DNA of 64,000 nucleotides. Origin: Candidatus Woesebacteria bacterium (GTDB taxonomy: Bacteria; Patescibacteriota; Microgenomatia; UBA1400; UBA12028). The stretch covers positions 42,613-106,612 of the forward strand of contig JBDTWD010000002.1 of NCBI GenBank assembly GCA_040006915.1, given 5' to 3'. A model generated the notes under the pieces. It saw nothing but the letters and a program-made list of their open reading frames with translations. It made no database searches and was not told the origin of the DNA. Of this stretch, positions 1 to 9,258 are shown piece by piece; position 1 is the first letter of the stretch, and every line of letters begins with the position of its first letter. The translations under genes were made by a program, and so were the position numbers.

Positions 1-1
1 G

Positions 2-1858
2 TACGTTTCGCTTCCTGACTCTGTCACCGATTTGACAACTCGTTTAACAGCGATCGGTCATATGCAAGATCACCAACCCGAGACAATCGGAGATGACACT
101 GTCTTGGATCTTGAAGTCAGACAAAACCGCTCGGATTGTTTGTCCATCCTCGGTGTGGCTCGTGAAGTCTCCGCCAGTATGGACCAACCACTCACTGATC
201 CCAGTATCACTACCCCTCCTCTTCCGGAAACGACAACCCCATCAATGATTACCATCGCTGATCCTTTGATGTGCTATCGCTTCGAAGCACTCGTCATCGA
301 CAACGTCACTGTAGCTCCTTCGCCAACCTGGCTTGCAGAAAAAGTGGAGCATTACGGAATGAAGTCGATTAACAACGTCGTCGACATCACTAATTTCGTG
401 ATGATTGAGTTAGGAGAACCATTACATGCGTTTGATAAAGTCAAAGTCGCAGATAGTTTGACAATCAGAGCGGCAACAAATGGAGAAAAATTTGAAGTCT
501 TAGGCGGAAAAACAATTTCTCTTTCCTCTTCCGATATCGTGGTTGCCAATGACTCAGATATTTTGGCGATGGGAGGAATCATTGGCGGCAAAAATTCTGG
601 AATTACCGAAAGTACCACCAGTATTGTTTTGGAAGCTGCAACATATAACCAGGCGTATATCAGACGCTCAAGTATTAGGCATAGTTTACGTACTGAAGCC
701 TCATTGCGACATGAAAAATTCTTGCATCCTGATCTGGCGCCGATTGCTCTGCGCCGTGCTGCCAGCCTCCTCAAAGAAGTGTGTGGTGGAACCATCTCTG
801 CACATCATGATGAATATGTGACGATTGCAACTCCAGTTCATATCTCAATGTCTCTCACTCGTTTTCATGAGTTAACGGGAATCACAGTCGACACACAGAA
901 GGCTCTTTCAATCCTGCAAAGCTTAGGAATTGAAGCATCATTAAAAAATGAAGATATCATTGAGACATCCATTCCGTATTTCCGTACGGATCTCCTCTGT
1001 GAAGAAGATGTAATCGAAGAAGTACTTCGCATCGTCGGGTACGATACTATTCCTGATACCCTGCCTCGCACCTCTCCTCCCGTGGAAATTACCTCACCTA
1101 GTGTGATCCTTGAAGAAAAGCTGCGCGATTTACTGGTAGATCTAGGTTTTGAAGAAGTGATCACTGAGCCATTAGTGAATGAAGAACATCCCAAACTTGA
1201 TCCAGTTGTATTGCAAAACTCTTTAAACAGTGACAAGACGATGCTGAGAACCACTTTAGAAAACGGATTGTTTTCAGCCCTTTCCTATCAGAAAAAAACC
1301 AAACGGACCGATTTGTCGTTGTTTGAAGTGGGGAAAATCTATTTCAAAGAAAATGATTCATACACAGAACAAAAAGTTTTGGCGGGTGTTGTTACCGCAA
1401 AAACCGCCACCTATGCCAAAGTTAAAGGTATCGTCGAAGCCTTGTGTCTTAAAGCGGGAAGAAAACTTGACGATACGATTGCCAGTATCATTCGCCATGA
1501 TACTCACACCTGGTATTTTCAAATCATGACAGAAAAACTGATGCAAAAGCCAGCCTTTGAGATCACGACCATCAAAACCGCACTTCCACAAATCGTCTAT
1601 CAGGATATTTCCTTGTCTGTACCAAAAGCGATCCCCGTTGGACCGATTCTAGAAAAAGTGAGAAATTTCTCTCCATTGATTGTGAAAGCAGCTTTAGGCG
1701 AATATCCTATCGCTCTTCCAGACGAGAGAAAAAGTGTATTTTTGAAACTGCACTATCACAAAGCCGGAGAGCAATTGAACATTGAAGATGTCGAACCCAT
1801 CAAAAATGGCATCATTGCCATGATTGAAACAGACTTCCAAGGAACACTTCGAAAATAG
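2..1858 (+). CDS. pheT: Phenylalanine--tRNA ligase beta subunit, 5' truncated by the window edge
   Basis: The frame is open from nt 2, so the listed M at 32 is a TTG and not the true start. B3/4-domain-like motif LEVRQNRSDCLSILGVAREV. Total length is consistent with the C-terminal ~600 aa of PheT. Confidence 0.85.
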   Translation, partial: YVSLPDSVTDLTTRLTAIGHMQDHQPETIGDDTVLDLEVRQNRSDCLSILGVAREVSASMDQPLTDPSITTPPLPETTTPSMITIADPLMCYRFEALVIDNVTVAPSPTWLAEKVEHYGMKSINNVVDITNFVMIELGEPLHAFDKVKVADSLTIRAATNGEKFEVLGGKTISLSSSDIVVANDSDILAMGGIIGGKNSGITESTTSIVLEAATYNQAYIRRSSIRHSLRTEASLRHEKFLHPDLAPIALRRAASLLKEVCGGTISAHHDEYVTIATPVHISMSLTRFHELTGITVDTQKALSILQSLGIEASLKNEDIIETSIPYFRTDLLCEEDVIEEVLRIVGYDTIPDTLPRTSPPVEITSPSVILEEKLRDLLVDLGFEEVITEPLVNEEHPKLDPVVLQNSLNSDKTMLRTTLENGLFSALSYQKKTKRTDLSLFEVGKIYFKENDSYTEQKVLAGVVTAKTATYAKVKGIVEALCLKAGRKLDDTIASIIRHDTHTWYFQIMTEKLMQKPAFEITTIKTALPQIVYQDISLSVPKAIPVGPILEKVRNFSPLIVKAALGEYPIALPDERKSVFLKLHYHKAGEQLNIEDVEPIKNGIIAMIETDFQGTLRK

Positions 1859-1872
1859 GAAAAGCGTATCCG

Positions 1873-2325
1873 TTAGATTGCTAAGCGAGAGATCTCTCGA
1901 ACCACGATATTCTCTCCAACTTTACCAGCGGTTTCTTTGACTAAATCGTTAATCGATTTTTTAGCGTCACGAATATAGGGTTGTTCTAACAGTTCAGCTA
2001 CTGATTCGGGACTCATACTCGCAACTTGCATCGCCACTTCGCGAGCTAAGGTCTTGAAATCTTCGGTACGAGCCACAAAATCAGTCTCACAGGTAAGAGA
2101 AACCATAGCCGCCACTTTTCCTGTGGTGTGAACATAGGAACCAACGTATCCTTCTTTGGCTTCGCGGTCAGCTTTTTTCTCTGCAGTCTTAATCGCTTTC
2201 TCGCGAATCCAAATAAGAGCTTTTTCTACATCGCCATTGGTCTCTTCGATTGCTCGACGCACGTCCATAACGCCAGCGCCAGTTTCTTCTCGAAGTTTTT
2301 TCAGTAATTCCATGTCAATTGCCAT
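1873..2325 (-). CDS. tsf: Elongation factor Ts, unusually short (150 aa)
   Basis: N-terminal UBA-like EF-Ts signature MELLKKLREETGAGVMDVRRAIEETNGDVEKALIWIREKA. Sits immediately downstream of rpsB on the same strand, the canonical rpsB-tsf operon. Confidence 0.9.
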   Translation of the reverse strand: MAIDMELLKKLREETGAGVMDVRRAIEETNGDVEKALIWIREKAIKTAEKKADREAKEGYVGSYVHTTGKVAAMVSLTCETDFVARTEDFKTLAREVAMQVASMSPESVAELLEQPYIRDAKKSINDLVKETAGKVGENIVVREISRLAI

Positions 2326-2328
2326 ATG

Positions 2329-3078
2329 TTACTCCTTTTTTGCCTCTGGTTTTGCTTCTGGAGCTTTCTCTTCTTGAGATCTGCTCAGACTTTTTCCTTG
2401 TTTGTACGCTGCGGCCAAGGTAGAGATCAAGATCTTGATGGAACCGACGGCATCGTCGTTTCCTGGAACGGCAATTTTGACCAAATCTGGATCAGTGTTA
2501 CTGTCAGCAATAGCCAATACTGGAACTTCTTTGATGTTAGCTTCTTTAATGGCCACGAGATCCGTATTGATATCAGCAATGACCAACATATCCGGAATAC
2601 GTTTTAAGGTAGAAACTCCACCGAAGAATCGCTCGAGTTTGTTGATTTGTTTGTCAAATTTCACTTGTTCAAATTTGGTGTATTTGGAAAATTTACCCTC
2701 TTCTCGATCCTTCTTCATTTGATTGAGTTTCGAGATGGATTTACCGACTTGCTCCCAGTTAGTAATTAAACCAGCTGGCCAACGAGTAACGATAAACATC
2801 GCTCCAGCATCAATCGCGTGTTCACGAACGATCTCTTGAGCTTGACGTTTGGTTCCCACAAATACCACATTTTTGCCAAGTTTTCCGGCTTCGTACAACT
2901 CGACACAGGCAGCTTCAAGCTGGGTTGCAGTCTTTGCCAAATCGAAAATATGAACGCCATCGCGTTCAGTGTAGATAAATTGCCCCATTTTAGGGTTCCA
3001 ACGACGAGCCTGGTGTCCAAAGTGACAGCCGGCCTCGAGTAGTGCTTCTAGATCAACAGAAAATGTAGGTTCTGCCAT
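2329..3078 (-). CDS. rpsB: 30S ribosomal protein S2
   Basis: LEAGCHFGHQARRWNPKM...IFDLAKT matches uS2 throughout. A GGAGA Shine-Dalgarno precedes the ATG. Confidence 0.95.
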   Translation of the reverse strand: MAEPTFSVDLEALLEAGCHFGHQARRWNPKMGQFIYTERDGVHIFDLAKTATQLEAACVELYEAGKLGKNVVFVGTKRQAQEIVREHAIDAGAMFIVTRWPAGLITNWEQVGKSISKLNQMKKDREEGKFSKYTKFEQVKFDKQINKLERFFGGVSTLKRIPDMLVIADINTDLVAIKEANIKEVPVLAIADSNTDPDLVKIAVPGNDDAVGSIKILISTLAAAYKQGKSLSRSQEEKAPEAKPEAKKE

Positions 3079-3097
3079 AATGATCTCCTTTATGCCT

Positions 3098-3140
3098 CCC
3101 CGTCTGCTATGTGGTTCAAGGAGATAGCTCCGTAGACGGG
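3098..3140 (-). promoter_or_regulatory. Structured rpsB 5' leader: nested stem-loops (CCCGTCT...AGACGGG enclosing GCTAT...ATAGC) directly upstream of the rpsB Shine-Dalgarno
   Basis: Inverted repeats read directly from the sequence. The rpsB-tsf leaders are known autoregulatory targets of S2. Confidence 0.4.
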
Positions 3141-3177
3141 TGTGTTATTAATTACTTCGAGTATTATAGCACAGAAC

Positions 3178-5505
3178 TTATTTTCCTTGCCTATCAGCCT
3201 CAAGTACATCAGCAAGCTCGTCATGAGAGATTATTTTAATCAATTGCTGGGCTTTTTCATGCAGAGCTTCATACCTTGGCTCGAGTTGTTCATCAGTTTC
3301 AGCATCGGTCGCATTCAGCAGGCCTTTGATAAATTGAGGAATCAGACTCAATGTCTTTGTAGATAACGTTCTAGCCCTATCCGTAAGAGCTTCCATTTGC
3401 TGTCGTGCAAGTGCGATACCTGCATCTTTACGGAACTGGGTCAGAGTTGGACATCTTTGTAGGAAATCGAGTAAAAATGCACTGCGACCGCTTTCTCCTA
3501 CAACTAACATATTCCGATTTTGAAGGAAATTACGTTCAACTTCTTCCACCGTAATCCCACCCCCGTTGTAGATAGTTGCTAAGCTTTCGGCCCTTTCTCC
3601 TCGGGCGTTTTTCTCCAAAGCTGCTACAACCTTAAAGAACACTTCTGTTTCATCTCCAAATTTCGGACCGTCAACTAATATTGCATGTGTATGGTTAGGT
3701 TCAAGTAATTCGAGATCAGCAGGTTTTTGAGATGGTTCACCTCTCCAGATTTGAGGTCCTGGACAAATTCCGATTGCCTGAACATCTATACCTGCTGCAA
3801 CTAATTTCTCTCGTACTTTCCCAGCAACTTGAATGTAGCCCGAGTCTGTTCCACCCGTAACCATTACTACATTTTTACCAGCTTTTTCTAATATTTGGAC
3901 ATGCTTTACTAGGCTGTCGATGAGTTTATCTTGTTCTCCACCAGGAGCCGTGTCCATTTCTCCGGCACCCCCGTTAAAAACGAGGACATAATTATATGGA
4001 GAAACTCTCGTCTCTTTATCTATCAGTCCCAGTTCAGCTAACTGGTCTTGAACAGCTGATAAGTCAGCATCTTTCGAAATCTCACGTATCTTTATCGTTT
4101 CTTCCGATTGATTTTCTTTCTTTGCAACTGCTTCCTCTGGTATTCCACTGGGAATATCTGTCATACCATCTCCTTTTTTACTGTCTTGTAATAAGTCTGT
4201 CTGTTTTTTTTGATCTTTTTCTAGCATTCTTAATCGCGCTGTCATAGCTTGATCGACCTCCAACGGCTTTCTATTCTCATCTGGGGTTGTAATTATTTGA
4301 GGTCCTTCTGACATAGATATATCTCCAAATTCCCTTAATACTCGATCAATTTCATTGTACTCTACTCCAAGCTCTTCTCTTTTGCCACTACTTTCAATTG
4401 CTATCTTTGCTTCAACCAACACATTTTGAATTGAGCCAACGATTCGATCAATTGTTTCAGGTCGAACCGTAATACCATATTCTCCTAAGGCAAAGAGGGT
4501 CTCTTTGACGGAATGCTCTGCATACAGTCCCCACAAAGGTCTGAACATTTTCCCTTTACTCCAATCAAATGATCCTTGAATGGGAAGCTTGATGTGACGA
4601 CGGAACAAGTTCACATATCTGTCTTTAAACTTCTCTTGATCAACGATCACAAACTCACCTTCCTTGGTAATATCAGTTGCTCTCCCGAAGAGATCGATCA
4701 AATGAAAAAGCATCCTCCCCCGTTCAATCGCAATTGGATCATCAATGTTCGTTCCCATTTCTTGTTTAAAGGATTGGGTAAAAGCAGCGAATTCTTCCTC
4801 GCGGTACACATCTTCATGTTTTCCTACGATACCGGCCAGAAATCGAACGTCTTCTGTAGTAAGGATCTGTTCATCTCCTTGTCCCAAGGCAACGATTCTC
4901 TTCCCTACTGCGATTTTTTCAAAAATTTCAGCCATCACGTGTTCGTGGTCGGCTTCAATTTGAGCATTCGGGGATCCTAAAAGTTTTATCACATCATGAA
5001 GTGGAGCTGCTGCTTCTGAAAGAAGGAGCATTTGTCGGTTGGAGAGCACACTAACATGAAGTTCACGAAACCTGGCAGACATATCTCGAGCTGCTGCTGC
5101 GGTTTCTTGCAAATGCGCCAGTAACCCCCCATTTTCATTGGCAATGAGCTCAATAAAGACTTTATCTCCCTCATCGTCAAGTACATCAAGCTGGATCTGT
5201 ATACACAGTCCAGTAAGGGCTTCAACAAAATCTTCGCTAACAGGAATTTGCGCTCCTTCCATGCGAAGCCGTTTAATATTCTTTCCCATTTGTCGGCGTG
5301 CCTCCACATTTGGAAAAATAGTTTTTCCTTTTGTGGTGGTACTGGATCGCAAAAGCGTCTGTATGCGTTCTTCTTCTGCTGGAGAATAGCTCGTATCTCC
5401 ATATGTTAGGTGATAGAAAAGTTCCCATTTCGCTTGATGTATTAACTTCGAAGAGGCATCAACTTCTGCAACCATGTCTACTCCCGGCGTTTCTTTTATT
5501 GTCAT
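3178..5505 (-). CDS. Large multidomain protein (775 aa) with a C-terminal SLOG/LOG-like Rossmann domain and an N-terminal ~480 aa of unknown function
   Basis: Residues ~520-690 carry SLOG/LOG-type Gly-rich motifs: VLVFNGGAGE, VVMVTGGTDSGYIQVAGK, IGICPG, ATIYNGGGITVEEV and MLVVGESG (compare the LOG-family GGGxGLMG and PGGxGTxEE motifs). The N-terminal half has no motif I recognise. Confidence 0.6.
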   Translation of the reverse strand: MTIKETPGVDMVAEVDASSKLIHQAKWELFYHLTYGDTSYSPAEEERIQTLLRSSTTTKGKTIFPNVEARRQMGKNIKRLRMEGAQIPVSEDFVEALTGLCIQIQLDVLDDEGDKVFIELIANENGGLLAHLQETAAAARDMSARFRELHVSVLSNRQMLLLSEAAAPLHDVIKLLGSPNAQIEADHEHVMAEIFEKIAVGKRIVALGQGDEQILTTEDVRFLAGIVGKHEDVYREEEFAAFTQSFKQEMGTNIDDPIAIERGRMLFHLIDLFGRATDITKEGEFVIVDQEKFKDRYVNLFRRHIKLPIQGSFDWSKGKMFRPLWGLYAEHSVKETLFALGEYGITVRPETIDRIVGSIQNVLVEAKIAIESSGKREELGVEYNEIDRVLREFGDISMSEGPQIITTPDENRKPLEVDQAMTARLRMLEKDQKKQTDLLQDSKKGDGMTDIPSGIPEEAVAKKENQSEETIKIREISKDADLSAVQDQLAELGLIDKETRVSPYNYVLVFNGGAGEMDTAPGGEQDKLIDSLVKHVQILEKAGKNVVMVTGGTDSGYIQVAGKVREKLVAAGIDVQAIGICPGPQIWRGEPSQKPADLELLEPNHTHAILVDGPKFGDETEVFFKVVAALEKNARGERAESLATIYNGGGITVEEVERNFLQNRNMLVVGESGRSAFLLDFLQRCPTLTQFRKDAGIALARQQMEALTDRARTLSTKTLSLIPQFIKGLLNATDAETDEQLEPRYEALHEKAQQLIKIISHDELADVLEADRQGK

Positions 5506-5521
5506 ATAGTATAGGCTTTCT

Positions 5522-6541
5522 TTACTTCAATGAAGTTGGATACTGCATGTTTTTAGCTAACCAAGCCACAGTAGAGAATTGAACTCCAAGGGAAAGCAGT
5601 CTCGCGTTTTGTAACTGCTCTAAGCTCAATGGTTCTACACAGGTAGGATTAACACCGAGCCAATACCGTTTATCGATCCCTAAAGCTTCCAGCTCTGACT
5701 CTGTTGTGTCATGAATTCCGGCTGGAACGGCGAGCGGTAAAGCCGCATCTACCAACAGCACAGTCTTCTGTCCTCTTATGGCAGAGATTTTAGCTTCCTC
5801 TGCATCGCAGATATTCTCACACATACCGGCAATGAACTTTTTGGTACGACCATCGGCTATTTGGTCTTCTGTATATCCGGTACTCTCACCGGTTGTTAAT
5901 TGACTTAAAGCCCACTGCTCTGAGACCATTCCGGCACCCGGAGAAATGGTGTCTCCTTTTGCTGGCATGTCTTTTTTGGCTGGATGATATCGAAGTTCAT
6001 TAATAATCGCAGAGTCCATGGTAAAAGCGTTTCCATGTTCCATTGTGTAGGTCTTCATGGTTTGAGCCAAATCCAGTAATCGTTTGAAATCAGAGAGATC
6101 GAATCGTTGTGTCGCTATTTGATCTTCATCCCAATTGTCTAGATCTGCACGAGTAATGGTTTGAAACTGCATAGAACTTGCGTTTCTATATGAACTCGCC
6201 CAAGAGGGATTCCCTGGATGGTGAGCGTCTCTGGGCAAAATGGTCTGTACCAGACGAGTGGTTTTGGTACTCTCATTTGCTCGTGCAACCAAATTCAAAA
6301 GAAGGACACAGTGACGAATCGCATCTTCCATACCTGGATGTAACTTTGACATATCTTCAGGATCAAAGACAAAAAGACCGCCATCTTGATGGCAAAAAGC
6401 ATTGATCATATCTGCGATGTACACAACTGCATTCTTAGGATCAATCACACCTGGATCTATTTGAGGAATTTTCAAGGTATCGAATCGCCGATTCGGATTC
6501 TGATCTCCGTATACCAATACTTCTTGTTCCAAACTTCCCAT
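5522..6541 (-). CDS. Isochorismatase-family (cysteine hydrolase, PncA-like) protein with a large internal insertion
   Basis: N-terminal KNAVVYIADMINAF matches the isochorismatase xxVDMQNDF Asp motif. C-terminal GMCENICD...TVLLVDAALP resembles the catalytic Cys region. About 130 aa of extra sequence lie between them. It is 17 nt upstream of the SLOG gene on the same strand. Confidence 0.5.
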   Translation of the reverse strand: MGSLEQEVLVYGDQNPNRRFDTLKIPQIDPGVIDPKNAVVYIADMINAFCHQDGGLFVFDPEDMSKLHPGMEDAIRHCVLLLNLVARANESTKTTRLVQTILPRDAHHPGNPSWASSYRNASSMQFQTITRADLDNWDEDQIATQRFDLSDFKRLLDLAQTMKTYTMEHGNAFTMDSAIINELRYHPAKKDMPAKGDTISPGAGMVSEQWALSQLTTGESTGYTEDQIADGRTKKFIAGMCENICDAEEAKISAIRGQKTVLLVDAALPLAVPAGIHDTTESELEALGIDKRYWLGVNPTCVEPLSLEQLQNARLLSLGVQFSTVAWLAKNMQYPTSLK

Positions 6542-6625
6542 AGCTCTCCTTTTACCTGTTGGACTGGTATTTGCCTACAAAAAAAACCAGCCCGAAAGTA
6601 TTCCTTTCTCTGGCCGGTCGTAATT

Positions 6626-6671
6626 ACGGATATCTATTTTCCATTTGCCACGTTGTATACATGATATCCGT
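6626..6671. promoter_or_regulatory. 9-bp perfect inverted repeat ACGGATATC-N28-GATATCCGT in the divergent intergenic region between the isochorismatase-like/SLOG operon and the 831-aa gene
   Basis: Seen in the sequence. It overlaps a TTGACG -35-like hexamer on the minus strand. Candidate operator. Confidence 0.35.
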
Positions 6672-6757
6672 CAAGGCGTTGTTGAGATACACAAATAATA
6701 CGATACTCGAGACACTTTGTCAAGGTTTCTTGGCTCGATCTGATATACTATGTCCAT

Positions 6758-9253
6758 ATGGCCTCTGGAATATTTGAGCGATTTCGCCGCTCGGACGAAG
6801 AGAAACAGACAAAAGAACGATACACTGAACGAAAAAAGAAACGACGATCTGAACATACCTCGCCAGAACGGCAAAACACTTTCCTTCCCCAAAGAGAGAA
6901 TTTTCCTTTTATCTCCAATCCCAATATTCACGAACTCGATGGACTAAAACCAGGGTCCCCCGAATGGAATACTAAGAGACAGGCAGAGGTTGAGTTCTTA
7001 GGCTCACGGATTGACGCTCTCCCATTAAGTGATTTTGATACTATGCGCGAGGATGAGATGGATCGTTTGAACTCATACTTTGATGCGTTTGCGGAAACTT
7101 TTGGGATAGACTTGCGAGCGGTGGCGCTGACCCGAACGCAGATTATGAAGACCATCTTGATGTCAACAATGATATGGATTCAGTCCATGTTCGAAGATGA
7201 TGATCATTCAAAGATGAAAGATGACGAGTCCAAAGGAGCAGTCAGGACTTTCTTTGATAGTCGTATGCATGGGGGAAAATTCCAATTTAATGCCAATGGC
7301 ACCCGTATTATTAAGGGTCTTAAAGTTATTTTCAGCGTACTTAAACGTGAGAGCAAAGATGAACAAGGAGAGTTTGAAGTGGATTATCCAGTGTATAGCA
7401 TCCCTAGAGAAATCTGTAGTGCCCTGCATGACTGGAATCAGGCAAACTTCAAAGAGAAAGATTTAAGTGAAAATCCACTTATTAAACTCGGAACAGAAGT
7501 CGCTTCTCGTCGGGTTCATGACTGGCTTCACGCAGCAATTCTCTATGATACTCAGGCACTTACTTTAGCGTTCAAGGAATGGTCGGAAAATAGTTGGTTT
7601 GTGCCCCATCTTTTTGATGGTGAAGGAATGATCAACTATGAACTGCTTTCAAACCACATGCATTTTGAAGTGTATCAACAGATGTTTAAAAAAGACCCTG
7701 ATTCCAAAAAATTTGCATTAGGACAAATCAAAGATTATATCGGTCAAGTAGAGTCATTCACTCAATGGCTTATAACAGAGAATGAAGTCTCCTCTGAAGA
7801 TGCGAATCGATACGCAGATTATTTAATGAACATTGTGACCCGTGGAGTATTTGATTACATCAAATATGACGATCCTGAGTTACTCGCAGTAGTATCAGAC
7901 TCCAAGCGCTTTATGGATGCACGGGAAAGTATTCTTGAGGACTTTGGAAAATATTTAGATGCAGTTTATTCCCTCCAAGATAAACTTATCCCTTTTCGCA
8001 AAGGAACAGATCAAAAGCTACCGATTCCGCAAATCTTGGAAGAGTACGTACGTGGTCTTCACACCGAAGCCAGTGCAGTCAGAGATCAAGCGCATATTGA
8101 TCAACTGTGGAGAAACGAAAACGAAGATGCCATTCTTGCTAGGCTTCCACGAGAAATACAGGAAGAGCTTCGTAGGTCAGGACTGACATTGGCAGAATTT
8201 GACCCCAGACTTCTGCAAAAAATCGGAGACACGTGCGAAAAATTGCGCGAACACTATAGTCCGGAAATATACAAAACACTGGTACAACGAATAGAGGTCG
8301 ATAAAGCTGGTCTCTTTTATTTAAAGCTTGATCGAAAAGACGTGTTTACCGTTCCTGAAGCGTCCCTTTCTGGTGTGCATGTGGAGATCGGAGGGATGCG
8401 TGAAGTAATTCAGCAGAAGCAATCACTTCTGGTTCAAGTTCCTTACGGTCACACAGAAGAGATTAAAATTTCAGTAAAGCGAATGAAAAATTTATTAAAG
8501 GATCAGATTGGTGCAACAGTAAAAGTAAAACCCGGTGATGTAATTTTAATTAATACCCAGAATGAAGCCCTTGCCAATGAATTGTTAGAGCGTTCATACG
8601 ATAGCAAAACTCACACACTTAATATTGAAACCTTGTTGGTACTTGCCAACCAAAACGCCCAAAAAGGACTCGTGGAATTTGATGATGTGTATCCTGTCTC
8701 ACCACAAAATGCGTCGCAGGTCTTTGGTTTAGAAGAAAAAGGCGTGATGCATTGTGAAGATGACCAATGTCTTATTGTCCCGGGCTTCTACAAGACTCTC
8801 CCAAACACTCGTGAGGCATCGGTAATTGATGGTCCAGTATCAATGGATGCGTATAATGACGAAAGTGGTGGACGCAACCGTATATTATCAGGGGTGCTCG
8901 TTAAAAATCATGTACAAAAAAGATCAGAAGATCTCGATATCTTTCCCGTTGACGGTAAAAGTTTTCGAACACTTTATCCAAGCTCGCAAAAGGCAAAATT
9001 GAATCACATGACAGTAAATGATACGTTCCTCCTCAGGAATGGAATTACAAAAGGAAGTCCGCATCCGCGAGCCGAATTTCAAGATGCTATGGAGGAATTG
9101 CTTGATAATCTGTCAGCCATTAATCTGGTTAAGTTACATGGGTTTAGAGGTAAACCGCAGCTCCTTACATTTGAAGAGTATTTCCGAGCGAGGCAAGGTG
9201 GTGAAGGAAAGAGAGGATCGAAATCCTTGCTAAATCGCATCAGACGAAAATAA
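6758..9253 (+). CDS. Hypothetical protein, 831 aa, with a basic Lys/Arg-rich N-terminus and no recognisable domain
   Basis: Long uninterrupted ORF transcribed divergently from the isochorismatase-like/SLOG pair. I found no P-loop, HTH, TM or catalytic motif. Confidence 0.6.
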   Translation: MASGIFERFRRSDEEKQTKERYTERKKKRRSEHTSPERQNTFLPQRENFPFISNPNIHELDGLKPGSPEWNTKRQAEVEFLGSRIDALPLSDFDTMREDEMDRLNSYFDAFAETFGIDLRAVALTRTQIMKTILMSTMIWIQSMFEDDDHSKMKDDESKGAVRTFFDSRMHGGKFQFNANGTRIIKGLKVIFSVLKRESKDEQGEFEVDYPVYSIPREICSALHDWNQANFKEKDLSENPLIKLGTEVASRRVHDWLHAAILYDTQALTLAFKEWSENSWFVPHLFDGEGMINYELLSNHMHFEVYQQMFKKDPDSKKFALGQIKDYIGQVESFTQWLITENEVSSEDANRYADYLMNIVTRGVFDYIKYDDPELLAVVSDSKRFMDARESILEDFGKYLDAVYSLQDKLIPFRKGTDQKLPIPQILEEYVRGLHTEASAVRDQAHIDQLWRNENEDAILARLPREIQEELRRSGLTLAEFDPRLLQKIGDTCEKLREHYSPEIYKTLVQRIEVDKAGLFYLKLDRKDVFTVPEASLSGVHVEIGGMREVIQQKQSLLVQVPYGHTEEIKISVKRMKNLLKDQIGATVKVKPGDVILINTQNEALANELLERSYDSKTHTLNIETLLVLANQNAQKGLVEFDDVYPVSPQNASQVFGLEEKGVMHCEDDQCLIVPGFYKTLPNTREASVIDGPVSMDAYNDESGGRNRILSGVLVKNHVQKRSEDLDIFPVDGKSFRTLYPSSQKAKLNHMTVNDTFLLRNGITKGSPHPRAEFQDAMEELLDNLSAINLVKLHGFRGKPQLLTFEEYFRARQGGEGKRGSKSLLNRIRRK

Positions 9254-9258
9254 GAAGA

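Noticed and set aside
32-34. Listed Met start of the first ORF (pheT) at nt 32
   Set aside because: The codon is TTG and the reading frame is open to nt 2, while PheT proteins are ~800 aa. The gene is truncated by the window edge and does not start here.
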